A stretch of 64,000 bases of DNA from contig CAWHDT010000003.1 of NCBI GenBank assembly GCA_963828195.1, forward strand, positions 1 through 64,000, given 5' to 3'. The translations under genes were made by a program, and so were the position numbers. This DNA is from Candidatus Bathyarchaeota archaeon (GTDB lineage Archaea; Thermoproteota; Bathyarchaeia; Bathyarchaeales; Bathycorpusculaceae). The notes below the pieces were generated by a model. The model worked only from the letters and a program-made list of their open reading frames with translations. It was not told the origin of the DNA and did not search any database. Shown here piece after piece: positions 9,473 through 18,702 of the stretch (position 1 is the first letter of the stretch; each line of letters starts with the position of its first letter).

Positions 9473-10831
9473 TTGGAGAAATACGATGCCATAGTTGTTG
9501 GCGCGGGAACCGCAGGCTGCTTAGCTGCAAAAACCATGGCTGAATCAGGCTTAAAAGTATGCATTGTCGAAAAGAAACCCCGCGACCAGATCGGCGAAAA
9601 AATCTGCGGCGATGCTCTTGGCGAGCACCACCTTAAGTTTTTGGGGTTGGAGAAGCCAACAGGCGGCGAGTTGGAGGCAAAAATCGACGGAATCAAAATT
9701 TACTCCCCTGACGAAAACACGGTTTTCACTATTGCTGACAAAGACTTCGTTGGTTACCTGCTTAACAGGCGGCTTTTCGGGCAATGGCTGCTAAAAAAAG
9801 CGACAGACGAAGGAGCCGTCCTTGAAGACAACATGAACTTCCGCGCCCCCATCATTGAGAAGGGTACAGTGGTGGGTTTAACCGCTAAAAACATGAAGAC
9901 AACTAAAACGTCGGAGCTGCGGAGCAAAGTTGTGGTTGATGCTACGGGCTACTTTGGTATGGTTCGCAAGCAGCTCCCAGCGGAGATGGGTATAGATCGG
10001 GACATAGCAAACGAAGATGTCGAAGCATGCTACCGGGAAATCCGCCAGCTTAAGCAGGAAACGGCGAACACGGCTTTTTGCGAAATTTACCTCAATCAAA
10101 AAGCTTCTCCGGGCGGTTACATATGGATTTTCCCCAAGGGCGGCGCACGGGTAAATGTTGGCATCGGTACTTGCATGCGCGAAAACTACCCAAATCCCAA
10201 GCAGCAGCTCTACGAAACGGCGTTTAAGAAGCCGATTTTTGAGGGATCCACGGTTTTGACTGGGGGCTCATGGTTTGATCCTGTCCGCAGACCTTTAGAT
10301 AACATGGTTTCTAACGGTGTTGTGTTGGTGGGAGATGCTGCATCACTAGTTAATCCAATTCACGGCGGCGGCATCGGACCCTCAATGCTCAGCGGCTATC
10401 TTTCAGGAAAACAAATCGTTGAGGCGCTGGGCAAAGGCGACGCGACAAAAGAGGCGCTGTGGGGCTTCAACAAGAAATACATTGAAACCTACGGGAAAAA
10501 ACAGGGAACTTTGGACATCTTCAAAATGTTCCTCTTATCCTGCAGCGACGAAGACCTCAATTACGGCATGAACCAGAAACTCATGACAGAAGACGACGTG
10601 CTAAAGGCAGGCATGGGCGATGACTTCCACCTCAACATCACCGAAACAGCCAAACGGGTTTTCCGAGGCATCAGACGGGTAGGTTTTCTCAAAAAGCTCA
10701 ATATGACGGTAACGATGATGAGGCAGCTTAGCGCACACTACAACACTTACCCCGCAACACCGCAGAACTTTGAGCCATGGCGACTGCAGACAATAAAACT
10801 TATTGGAGAAGCAAAACAAAAACTCAAGTAA
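9473..10831 (+). CDS. Geranylgeranyl reductase family (digeranylgeranylglycerophospholipid reductase)
   Basis: VVGAGTAG FAD motif, PGGYIWIFPKG, LVGDAA..P.HGGGI. Confidence 0.88.
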   Translation: MEKYDAIVVGAGTAGCLAAKTMAESGLKVCIVEKKPRDQIGEKICGDALGEHHLKFLGLEKPTGGELEAKIDGIKIYSPDENTVFTIADKDFVGYLLNRRLFGQWLLKKATDEGAVLEDNMNFRAPIIEKGTVVGLTAKNMKTTKTSELRSKVVVDATGYFGMVRKQLPAEMGIDRDIANEDVEACYREIRQLKQETANTAFCEIYLNQKASPGGYIWIFPKGGARVNVGIGTCMRENYPNPKQQLYETAFKKPIFEGSTVLTGGSWFDPVRRPLDNMVSNGVVLVGDAASLVNPIHGGGIGPSMLSGYLSGKQIVEALGKGDATKEALWGFNKKYIETYGKKQGTLDIFKMFLLSCSDEDLNYGMNQKLMTEDDVLKAGMGDDFHLNITETAKRVFRGIRRVGFLKKLNMTVTMMRQLSAHYNTYPATPQNFEPWRLQTIKLIGEAKQKLK

Positions 10832-10925
10832 AACTGCCCCATCAACTTTGAATTATTTTTTTTCTTCTTGACTTTCTTAATCAATAAAGGCTTAAATTGG
10901 GATTCAACGTGGGTGTTTGTGGTGA

Positions 10926-11282
10926 ATGAATTTGGTTAACTGTTCTAACTGTGGAGAAGTGTTGGCTGACGACGCTAACTTTTGCCCAAAATGCGGCACT
11001 AAAACCGTGAAAGGCAGAACTGCAAACGTTGTTTATCCTTCTGACGAGTTGCGAGATGCATTTTACAGCGCCGGAGTCGAGCTTGAGAAAGCATTCAACA
11101 TTGCATCCCGAGAAACGCATTCAGCCATCCAGAAAGCAAAAGAGAATTGGAAGCAAAAACCTGCGCAGCCGCAAACCGTCGCATGCACGAAGTGCTCTGC
11201 GAAGAATCCTTCGGGCGCGGTTTTCTGCAATAGCTGCGGCGCCAAAATAGCGGCAGCTGAAGAACCTCACAGTAGTGCTTAA
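10926..11282 (+). CDS. Double zinc-ribbon protein
   Basis: CSNCG..FCPKCG at the N-terminus and CTKC..FCNSCG at the C-terminus. Confidence 0.75.
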   Translation: MNLVNCSNCGEVLADDANFCPKCGTKTVKGRTANVVYPSDELRDAFYSAGVELEKAFNIASRETHSAIQKAKENWKQKPAQPQTVACTKCSAKNPSGAVFCNSCGAKIAAAEEPHSSA

Positions 11283-11760
11283 GAAAATGGGCGAAAACAA
11301 GACTCTAATAGCTTATGAAAGTAAAATGAGGGCAACTGAAGAAGCAGCCAGAAAAATAGCCGAGGTCTTGCGCGGCAAATATCAGCTGGAAGTGGATTTG
11401 GTTGACCTCAAGGAGCAAAAAGTGCTTGACCTCACCCAGTACAGAAACGTGGTCGTGGGCGCAGGCGTCCGAGGCGGCAGAGTTTACAAAAAAGCCTTAA
11501 ACTTTCTAAAAAACGACTTAAGCGGCAAACAAGTGGCTTTTTTCACTTCCTCTTCATGGGGGGGCACGCCGGGAAGCTACGAAAAAGCAAAAGCCAAATT
11601 CGTTGAAAACACCCTCACTAAATACCCAAACATCACACCCGTAAGCACAGAGGCTTTTGGCGGGCGCATAAAAATCCTGGGCAAACTCATGTTGGACAAC
11701 ACCGACCCCGTTAAGGTTGAGGCTTGGGCAGAGGAACTTGGAAAAAAATTCACCCAGTAA
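11275..11760 (+). CDS. Flavodoxin-domain protein (HemG-like)
   Basis: LIAYES..ATEEAA..IAE, VVVGAG, FGGRI and VEAWAEEL motifs. Confidence 0.78.
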   Translation: MLKKMGENKTLIAYESKMRATEEAARKIAEVLRGKYQLEVDLVDLKEQKVLDLTQYRNVVVGAGVRGGRVYKKALNFLKNDLSGKQVAFFTSSSWGGTPGSYEKAKAKFVENTLTKYPNITPVSTEAFGGRIKILGKLMLDNTDPVKVEAWAEELGKKFTQ

Positions 11761-11950
11761 ACCCAAAGGCGTCAAGGCAAACGCGCTTCTCTGCCCCACC
11801 TGCTGCGTTGAATACGTGGAAGTCGAGTTCGACTTTGAATTCGACGGAGCCATACTGCACAACGTAAAAGCCCTCCGATGCCCCAACTGCGAAGAAGAAG
11901 TGTTCACGCCCGAACAGTGCGATGCCATCCTAAAAAGAAGCGGAATGTGA
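11717..11950 (+). CDS. YgiT/MqsA-type zinc-finger protein; start uncertain
   Basis: CPTC...NVKALRCPNCEEEVFTPE motif; the 5' end overlaps the flavodoxin gene. Confidence 0.55.
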   Translation: MRLGQRNLEKNSPSKPKGVKANALLCPTCCVEYVEVEFDFEFDGAILHNVKALRCPNCEEEVFTPEQCDAILKRSGM

Positions 11951-12060
11951 GCGAGAAATAATTAATTTTTTTGGTAGAAGAAAAGTGGTTTTGCAATTTT
12001 TTGCTGGGTTTGTTTTGGGTTGCTTTTTTGCGGCAAAGCTTAAATCGTTTGCAGGCGTCG

Positions 12061-12104
12061 TCTAGATTTCTCGGGATTTCTCGATTTTTATCGGGTTTTC
12101 TCGA
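12061..12104 (+). repeat. Phased 10-bp imperfect tandem repeat
   Basis: tctagatttc tcgggatttc tcgattttta tcgggttttc tcga, upstream of ORF 12138. Confidence 0.55.
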
Positions 12105-12137
12105 GCTGCGGGGAAAATCTTGGGGCAGTGATTTCAT

Positions 12138-12419
12138 GTGCCGTTAAGTCAAAGAGTAAATTTCAAAACAACACTCAAGAAGGCAAGCCGCCTCCAGATT
12201 CCAAGCATAATCCGCTGGCAGTACAAAATGGAGCCGGGCGAAGTTTTAAAAGTCACCGTAAACGTAGTCGCCGGCTGGTTCACCAACAAAGAAACCTTTA
12301 TGGCTAAAATGCGAAAAGACGGATGCATAGCCGTCCCCAAACTCGTGCTAGCCCTGCTAAAACGAGACGAACCCAGCCTCGAAGGATACGCAATAGACGT
12401 CACCCTAGAACCAGCATAA
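12138..12419 (+). CDS. Putative AbrB/MraZ-like swapped-hairpin DNA-binding protein
   Basis: Two repeats of the RLQIP / GCIAVPK-type motif. Confidence 0.55.
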   Translation: MPLSQRVNFKTTLKKASRLQIPSIIRWQYKMEPGEVLKVTVNVVAGWFTNKETFMAKMRKDGCIAVPKLVLALLKRDEPSLEGYAIDVTLEPA

Positions 12420-12452
12420 GTATTCGTAACCAACACTTTTTACAGTTCCTTA

Positions 12453-12700
12453 GCTCCCCCAATCCCTTCCAACACCGTCAGCGTCATATCAGATTCCCAA
12501 AATTTGGCCATTCCTACAGTATGTTCTCCTAATGGCATAGTGGTTCTGGGTCAGACTTTACATTTATCTTCCGCTGTCACAACGGGCGCTTCGCCCTACG
12601 TGTATCAGTGATTTAGTGAAGCCCCGAACGCATCTTTGTACTCACCAATTAGTAATGCGACTTCTTCAAGCTACAACTTTGCAACCTCAACCTCTACAGC
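12453..12700 (+). pseudogene. Surface-protein (Ig/PKD-like) gene fragment, 5' part
   Basis: Reads VVLGQTLHLSSAVTTGASPYVYQ*FSEAPNASLYSPISNATSSSYNFATSTSTA, with TGA at 12609 where Trp is expected. Confidence 0.6.
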
Positions 12701-12801
12701 GGGGGTGAAGGGTTGCGTGAGGGCTGGTTAAGGGGTTTACTGCAAAACGGGCAAAAATGGTCGTCTTCTTGAACTTGCTTGCCGCAAGATGGACAATACA
12801 T
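12694..12801 (-). pseudogene. Truncated zinc-ribbon gene (MYCPSCGKQVQEDDHFCPFCSKPL...)
   Basis: ATG at 12801 with GGTG upstream; CxxC-x10-CxxC; the frame ends across the junction at ~12700. Confidence 0.55.
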
Positions 12802-13171
12802 TAAACTGCGCACCTGGCTATTTATTTACAAAGTTGTTCAAATTTAAGGCGTATGAAGTATTAATACACATGTCTGAGTCTGAGCCTTTTAGGATTTGAG
12901 GGCGTGGACCGCTTTAATTGGCTGCAGCTAATCTAAAGCTGTAACGCAGTTGTCATGGTAGCTTTCTGGTGCTCTGCGTTGTATGTTTTGTTTGAGGTTG
13001 TCTCATATTCTTAGAGCCGAAATGGGCGCTGCCGACTGATTCGAGTCTTACGGTCCTTTGGTGGAGTGTTGGCTCAGTTACGTTATATTTACGTTTAATT
13101 CCTTCACATCTTCGCGATGAGAAAAGCCTAATCATTCAAGCTTTAGCAATTCTAAGCCTTTATTGACCGTT

Positions 13172-13260
13172 CTCAGCCCTAGTTGACCCCTAAAATTGCA
13201 ACTTTGCTTCAAAGCTAAGGCGCCTAAGCATTTTGAGATTCCTTTTATGTATTACATTCG
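13172..13260 (+). repeat. ~90-bp direct repeat, copy 1
   Basis: tcagccctagttgacccctaaaattgcaacttt...aagcattttgagattccttttatgtattacattcg aligns with 16474-16566. Confidence 0.75.
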
Positions 13261-13454
13261 TAACTAATTCAGTAGGGTGTTGCCTCAGACAAACCGCGGA
13301 TCTTTTTTATTTGATACGGCCAGAATCTGATTATTTTTTTACCTTGTTTTCATTTGGTTTTTTTGGCCAATTATGAATGGGTGAGTTAAGGTTGAGTTTT
13401 TTGGAAGCGCCACGCTTAATGTCTATATTTGGCTTTATATTGTGGATTAACTAT

Positions 13455-13558
13455 TTTCTGCAAAGTTTTTTAAGTAAGTTGATAACAAAATAGCTGCTCT
13501 GTTGAGTTGGAACACTTATGGTTCTTGCTCAATAGTAATAAAATTGAGGAAAAGAAAA
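13455..13558 (+). promoter_or_regulatory. Conserved promoter and 5' leader of PQQ-like gene 1
   Basis: tttctgcaaagttttttaagtaagttgataacaaa...gctctgttgag...cttgctcaata matches the reverse complement of 21553-21660. Confidence 0.7.
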
Positions 13559-16240
13559 ATGAAAATTGTTAAAAACAGAACTGCAGCTATTTTGATTGCG
13601 ATATTCTTGACACTTTTAATTGGAGCTTCAACAATACTGATCGTAGATGTTAATGGACAAACTTTGGCACCGGGAAAAATAGACATTGTAACCTACGCTT
13701 TCATTAATGTCGGACCTTCCCCCATCGGAATCGGACAAACGGCATACATTAACATGTGGATTGACAAGGCAGTCCCAGACGCCAGCGGACTCTACGGCGA
13801 TCGATGGATGAATTTTACAATTCAGGTTACAAAGCCTGATGGAACGACTACAACATTGGGACCATTTATTTCCGATGATACTGGAGGAACTTACACCACG
13901 TATATACCTGAAGAGCTCGGCAACTATACTTTCGTTTTCAACTTTCCAGGTCAAATATTAGCGGGCAATAATCTTTCTCCGGGGCAAACTAATGCCAGTT
14001 TCCCGACTATTGGTGATTATTTTGAGCCTAGTATTAGTGACCCAGAAACCCTAATGGTCCAGCAACAGCCCATAGCGATTTATCCGTCCAATCCGCTCCC
14101 GACAACCTACTGGGAAACCCCGGTGAATAACATGAATACTGGCTGGTACTCTATTACTGGAAACTGGCTTGGAACTGGGATGGAGCTCAGACTTAACAGT
14201 GAATACAATGCTAGCGAGAACTTCAATCCATACTCAACGGGTCCATCAACTGCTCATATAATGTGGACAGCACCGTTTGCAGAAGGAGGATTAATCGGAG
14301 GAGCCTATGGAAGTCCTCAAGGCTCAGAAGAGTACACTAACTTTTATTCAGCATCGCAGTATGAACCTAAATTTGCACCACCCGTAATCTTAAACGGAGT
14401 ACTTTACTACAATCTAGTTCCAGGAAGTTCGAATCAGGTTGAAGGCTGGGTAGCCGTTGATTTGTTCACAGGAAAAACGCTATGGGTGCAGAACATTACT
14501 ACAAGCGTATTAAGACTTGGGCAAATACTTGATTACGTTTCGGTTAATCAATACGGTGGTCTCGCATACTTATGGGGCAGCAGCGGCGTCGGAACGGGCG
14601 GCTCTGTCTGGTCGATGTATGATGCAATGACTGGCAACTTTATACTTAGCATTTACGGTGTTCCTGGAAGCATCGATATGGTTCCAGATTCATCAGGGGA
14701 TTTAGTAGGGTACTCAATTAATGCTACTGCTGGCACACAACTAGTCCAAGGTGTAAATGTAACTACTCCAGTTGGCGGCTCAATGCTGGTATGTTGGAAC
14801 GCTAGTGAAGCTATCGACTATCCAACGGGCTACATACCCGGCGTTACTGCTTTAAATGCTATGTGGAGACCTACACAGGGAGCAAACATTTCTTACACAT
14901 CAGGGATAATGTGGAAAGAACCAATAGCTACTCAATTCACTGAACCAAGCGGAACAAACGTGACAATTTCTCCATCTTTGGGCTTTCCGTCTTATACAAT
15001 AGTTACTGGCGATGCACTTCTTTTAATCAGCGCTCCAGACGTATATGGATCTGGTCAACTTGGCTGGGGAGAAGGCTGGCAAATCGAAGCAGGTTACAGC
15101 TTAGATACAGGGGCACAGCTATGGATTGTAAACCGCACTGAAGCAGCGAATGCTAGACTATCGGCAGCTACCGCTTGTAATAATGGAGTATACACTGAGT
15201 TCACTTATGAAACGCAGACAATAAGCGCTTTTGACATCAATACAGGAGCGCAATTATGGGGTCCAGTTTCAGAATACGTAGCAGGCGATGTATGGGGCTC
15301 ATACTCAGCAAGTTCAGTTATGGCATATGGTCTCATCTTTACGGATGACCTGGGAGGCTATGTTTACGCTTTGAATGCTACTACAGGTGCTACTGCATGG
15401 ATTTGGAATACTGGAAACGGAACATATGAAACGCCATACAACGTATTTCCTACATGGTTCATTAACTGTGTCGCCGGCGGATTTGTCTACGTTATGGGCG
15501 GACACGAGTATAGTCCACCACTATTCCATGGAGCACAACTATACTGTCTAAATGCTACCACAGGACAAGAAGTATGGAACATACTTGACTTTCCAAATTC
15601 AAATAATCCTTCCACAGCAATTGCAGACGGAATCTTAGTGGTGCCTAACGCATACGATAACCTAATCTACGCTCTGGGACAAGGACCAAGCAAAACCACT
15701 ATTTCGGCACCTGACATTGGCGTGACAACCACTACCCCAATAACGATAACAGGCACAGTAATGGATATCTCAGCAGGCTCACAACAAGAAGCAGTAGCAG
15801 CAAACTTCCCCAATGGATTACCATGCGTGTCTGACTCAAGCATGAGCCAATTCATGGAAGCAGTCTACGAGCAACAGCCAATGCCAACCAACATAACTGG
15901 AGTTCCAGTTACAATCAGCGTTCTCGACTCCAACGGCAACAACAGAATAATCGGTACAACCACAACTGATGCGCAGGGGACATTTGGCTACAATTGGACA
16001 CCTGACATCACAGGCAACTACACAGTTACCGCCACTTTCGCAGGCACAGATGCATACTATGGATCCTCTGCTGACACATACTTATATGCCAACGCGCCTC
16101 CATCAACACCAATTGCACCCACTGCATCACCGACATCTGCCGCCGACAAGTACTTTGTTCCTGCAATCGCTGGACTATTCGTCTTAATCATAATAGTCCT
16201 CGCTTTAGTGGCAATAATGATGCTTAGAAAACGACCATAA
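13559..16240 (+). CDS. Large secreted, membrane-anchored PQQ-like beta-propeller surface protein
   Basis: Signal peptide, repeated YALNATTG..W motifs, many N-x-S/T sequons, C-terminal helix + RKRP. Likely start is the ATG at 13559. Confidence 0.85.
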   Translation: MKIVKNRTAAILIAIFLTLLIGASTILIVDVNGQTLAPGKIDIVTYAFINVGPSPIGIGQTAYINMWIDKAVPDASGLYGDRWMNFTIQVTKPDGTTTTLGPFISDDTGGTYTTYIPEELGNYTFVFNFPGQILAGNNLSPGQTNASFPTIGDYFEPSISDPETLMVQQQPIAIYPSNPLPTTYWETPVNNMNTGWYSITGNWLGTGMELRLNSEYNASENFNPYSTGPSTAHIMWTAPFAEGGLIGGAYGSPQGSEEYTNFYSASQYEPKFAPPVILNGVLYYNLVPGSSNQVEGWVAVDLFTGKTLWVQNITTSVLRLGQILDYVSVNQYGGLAYLWGSSGVGTGGSVWSMYDAMTGNFILSIYGVPGSIDMVPDSSGDLVGYSINATAGTQLVQGVNVTTPVGGSMLVCWNASEAIDYPTGYIPGVTALNAMWRPTQGANISYTSGIMWKEPIATQFTEPSGTNVTISPSLGFPSYTIVTGDALLLISAPDVYGSGQLGWGEGWQIEAGYSLDTGAQLWIVNRTEAANARLSAATACNNGVYTEFTYETQTISAFDINTGAQLWGPVSEYVAGDVWGSYSASSVMAYGLIFTDDLGGYVYALNATTGATAWIWNTGNGTYETPYNVFPTWFINCVAGGFVYVMGGHEYSPPLFHGAQLYCLNATTGQEVWNILDFPNSNNPSTAIADGILVVPNAYDNLIYALGQGPSKTTISAPDIGVTTTTPITITGTVMDISAGSQQEAVAANFPNGLPCVSDSSMSQFMEAVYEQQPMPTNITGVPVTISVLDSNGNNRIIGTTTTDAQGTFGYNWTPDITGNYTVTATFAGTDAYYGSSADTYLYANAPPSTPIAPTASPTSAADKYFVPAIAGLFVLIIIVLALVAIMMLRKRP

Positions 16241-16473
16241 ACGCGCAACAAAAAAATCTCTTTTTCCATTTTTTTCTTTGAAAAAACTTTTCATCGCACT
16301 CTATTTTCAGACAAACTTCTTTCCCTCTGTGGGGTAATTTTGAAAGGTCTCACGCATGCTGCATCGACCATGTCACGTTTCTTGTGACTGCACCGCGACA
16401 CCAACATTGGCATATTAATCTTAAACGGTTGATTGGAAAATGGAGAAGGCCAAATGCAAAGTCAAGTTTGATT

Positions 16474-16566
16474 TTCAGCCTTGGTTGACCCCCTAAAATT
16501 GCAACTTTTTTTCAAACCTAAAAACATCTTAAGCATTATTGAGATTCTTCTTATGGATAACACTCG
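16474..16566 (+). repeat. ~90-bp direct repeat, copy 2
   Basis: tcagccttggttgaccccctaaaattgcaacttt...aagcattattgagattcttcttatggataacactcg. Confidence 0.75.
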
Positions 16567-16569
16567 CCT

Positions 16570-16770
16570 ACGGGCAACTGGACCTTCATGCTTGAGGTGA
16601 CGGATTCCACTGGAGTAGCTGTGAACTCTACTGCTACCGCAGTTACGGTTAATGCTCCAAGCTCCGCAGTACCCGAGTTTCAAGCTTTGATAGTTCTTCC
16701 TTTGCTACTTTCAGTGCTTTCTGTCGCTGTGATAGTTAGGCACCGAAAAACCGCTAACTTAAGCAAGTAG
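16570..16770 (+). pseudogene. 3' fragment of a VPEF-anchored surface protein
   Basis: TGNWTFMLEVTDSTGVAVNS...VPEFQ + hydrophobic helix + RHRK; no signal peptide. Confidence 0.65.
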
Positions 16771-16848
16771 ACCTTTCCCACGGTTGGGTGTATAGTCCCC
16801 TAATTCTATTGAGAATAAAATCTTTTAAGCAAGGTCAAAACAATACCA

Positions 16849-17181
16849 ATGTTGACTAACATGATTAAACAATTGAAACTAATCTTTTTGGTCAATGTTA
16901 TATTTGTTGTTCTGTACGTACTTCTTGATTGGCTTGAATTCTCCACTCTAATCACATATAACCCTGAACCCGTAAACATAATAGCCAACTTTCCATGGTA
17001 TGTTCAAGTAGGTGGGATATATGTTAATGGTATTGCAATCTACCCAAACTTTACGTTGGCACTATTTTTACTTGCAATATTGGTAAACTTGTATTTCATT
17101 ATCAGATTACAACGAACCAACAAAGCGAAACAGGACCCTCCTCAAAATACCCTCTGCCATCTTGAGAATTTTAGCTTTTAA
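16849..17181 (+). CDS. Small two-TM membrane protein, paralog of 42438..42779
   Basis: NFTLALFLLAILVNLYFIIRLQR resembles NFPFWLFFLAIAVNMYFIFRLQR. Confidence 0.7.
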   Translation: MLTNMIKQLKLIFLVNVIFVVLYVLLDWLEFSTLITYNPEPVNIIANFPWYVQVGGIYVNGIAIYPNFTLALFLLAILVNLYFIIRLQRTNKAKQDPPQNTLCHLENFSF

Positions 17182-17468
17182 AAAGTAGAGCTTAAAAAAA
17201 TCGATGTTGTTATTATTTTTGGGCAATTATTTTTTTTCTTAAAGCAGAATATTACCGCGGATGCAACTGCCAAAACAAAAGCAGTGAAGATAGCGGCTAA
17301 TGGGAACTCGGGAACCGTCAGTGCGGTTGAAGCTGATGTGGTAGATGTAGGTTGTAGTGACGCTGTCGGGGACTGGGCGGATGCAGGTGGATGAGAAGTT
17401 GGCGTAGATGTGGGTGTTGCGGGCGGCCGATGCTTTAAAGAATTATCGTTTTGCTTGCTAATGTTCAA
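17178..17468 (-). pseudogene. Orphan Pro/Thr linker plus VPEF anchor (C-terminal remnant)
   Basis: PTSTPTS..TVPEFP + hydrophobic helix + KKK; no N-terminal domain. Confidence 0.55.
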
Positions 17469-17470
17469 CC

Positions 17471-17989
17471 CTACAGTTTCTCTAAAACTTCCATTATCTT
17501 AATGTAGCTTTCAACACTGCACCGCCAACCCAGAGAAACCATATCGTTAACAGCCTGTTTAGCCTTCGCTTTTGAAATGAGCCCTTCACAGACTGCCCTC
17601 ATTAAAACGTAGGGTGAACCGGCATAGTCAATCTCGTAAACCTTCGCAGTCTTCCTACCCACTTCGTCATCAATCACCGCAACTCCCTCATGCTCACGGG
17701 CAAGAGCTAAAACCTCCGCGTCGGCAAAATGAAGCCCGTTAGTATTGAGCAATCGGGTCAAGAACGGCTTGTCTGTAGGTTCGCAGACTCTGAAGACCCC
17801 ATTGGCAAACAGCTTATCCAGAACAACTGCATCGGGAATACCCCTGTTTCTGCCTGCATCAACAACTTCCCCTTTAACCAGCGGCGACGTCAACTTTTCA
17901 CCTTCCAATTCTTTAAAAACTCTGCTAAGCCCAGCCTTGGTCAAGTAAATCAAAGGAGTAGAGTCAAAAACCAGCGGCTTCACTTGCAC
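17471..17989 (-). CDS. PIN-domain protein (DUF3368-like), putative toxin
   Basis: VFDSTPLIYL, LHFADAEVLALA and IDDEVGRK motifs. Confidence 0.8.
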   Translation of the reverse strand: MQVKPLVFDSTPLIYLTKAGLSRVFKELEGEKLTSPLVKGEVVDAGRNRGIPDAVVLDKLFANGVFRVCEPTDKPFLTRLLNTNGLHFADAEVLALAREHEGVAVIDDEVGRKTAKVYEIDYAGSPYVLMRAVCEGLISKAKAKQAVNDMVSLGWRCSVESYIKIMEVLEKL

Positions 17990-18303
17990 TTCGCCGCCGA
18001 CGCTTCCTTAAAATCCTTTTCTACTTCCTCCGGCGTAAGTCTAACCCATTCAATATTGCGCTGCTTAACAAGGTCAACAAACTCCCAAAGCGAAAGCTTC
18101 GCAATCTCCGCAGCTTTAGCAAAAGTGACTTTTCCCTTCTGCAGAAGATCAAGTGCGGTTTGCTTGCGCCATTCAGCGAGGCCTATTTCGAGAAGATTCC
18201 TAACTACTGTCGCTTTGTCAATTTTTTCTTCTGCGACGATTTCGCTGATTTCTTTTTCGACTTCTGAAGGTATTCTTACAGCTAAAGGCTTAAGCGTCAT
18301 CAA
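17980..18303 (-). CDS. UPF0175-family putative antitoxin
   Basis: RHH-like N-terminus plus GKVTFAKAAEIAKLSLWEF; overlaps the PIN gene. Confidence 0.8.
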   Translation of the reverse strand: MMTLKPLAVRIPSEVEKEISEIVAEEKIDKATVVRNLLEIGLAEWRKQTALDLLQKGKVTFAKAAEIAKLSLWEFVDLVKQRNIEWVRLTPEEVEKDFKEASAAKCK

Positions 18304-18340
18304 CGTTCACGTATTCAAAAGATAGCAATTGCATACATAA

Positions 18341-18600
18341 GTGCTTTTTGGCAGCATGCCGGCAACGGAAAACACATTCCAAGTTGCTGGAACAGGATTT
18401 ACACCCGGCGAAACCGTAAACCTGACTCTGACCAATGGAGGTGCAAGCATGTTCAACTTCGAAAATCTCATGGCAGACTATAGGAGCTCAATTAAGGGAA
18501 CAGAAATGATTCCTGCAAGTATAAACAGGAACGAACTATGACATTATGGCAACAGGATTGACAAGAAATGTTACTGCTTCCGTAGTCATAAACCGCACTG
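18341..18600 (+). pseudogene. Degraded Ig-like surface-protein fragment
   Basis: VAGTGFTPGETVNLT..IPAS, continuing in a shifted frame as TGTNYDIMATGLT. Confidence 0.45.
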
Positions 18601-18702
18601 CAACCAACCTCAGCCGCCGCCTTTGAAACGGGGAACCAGTGTTGAGAGAACTATAATTGCTTTTAGAACAAAAAAGGGGAAAGTTGATTTTTGTTTGCGT
18701 TT

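Noticed and set aside
12609-12611. In-frame TGA as recoding (Trp or Sec)
   Set aside because: TGA is used as a normal stop elsewhere in the window and the fragment lacks a start and signal peptide; a TGG-to-TGA mutation is simpler.
17729-18325. 198-aa ORF, and the many other short antisense or nested ORFs in the track
   Set aside because: They are shadows of well-supported genes on the opposite strand or frame and carry no motifs.
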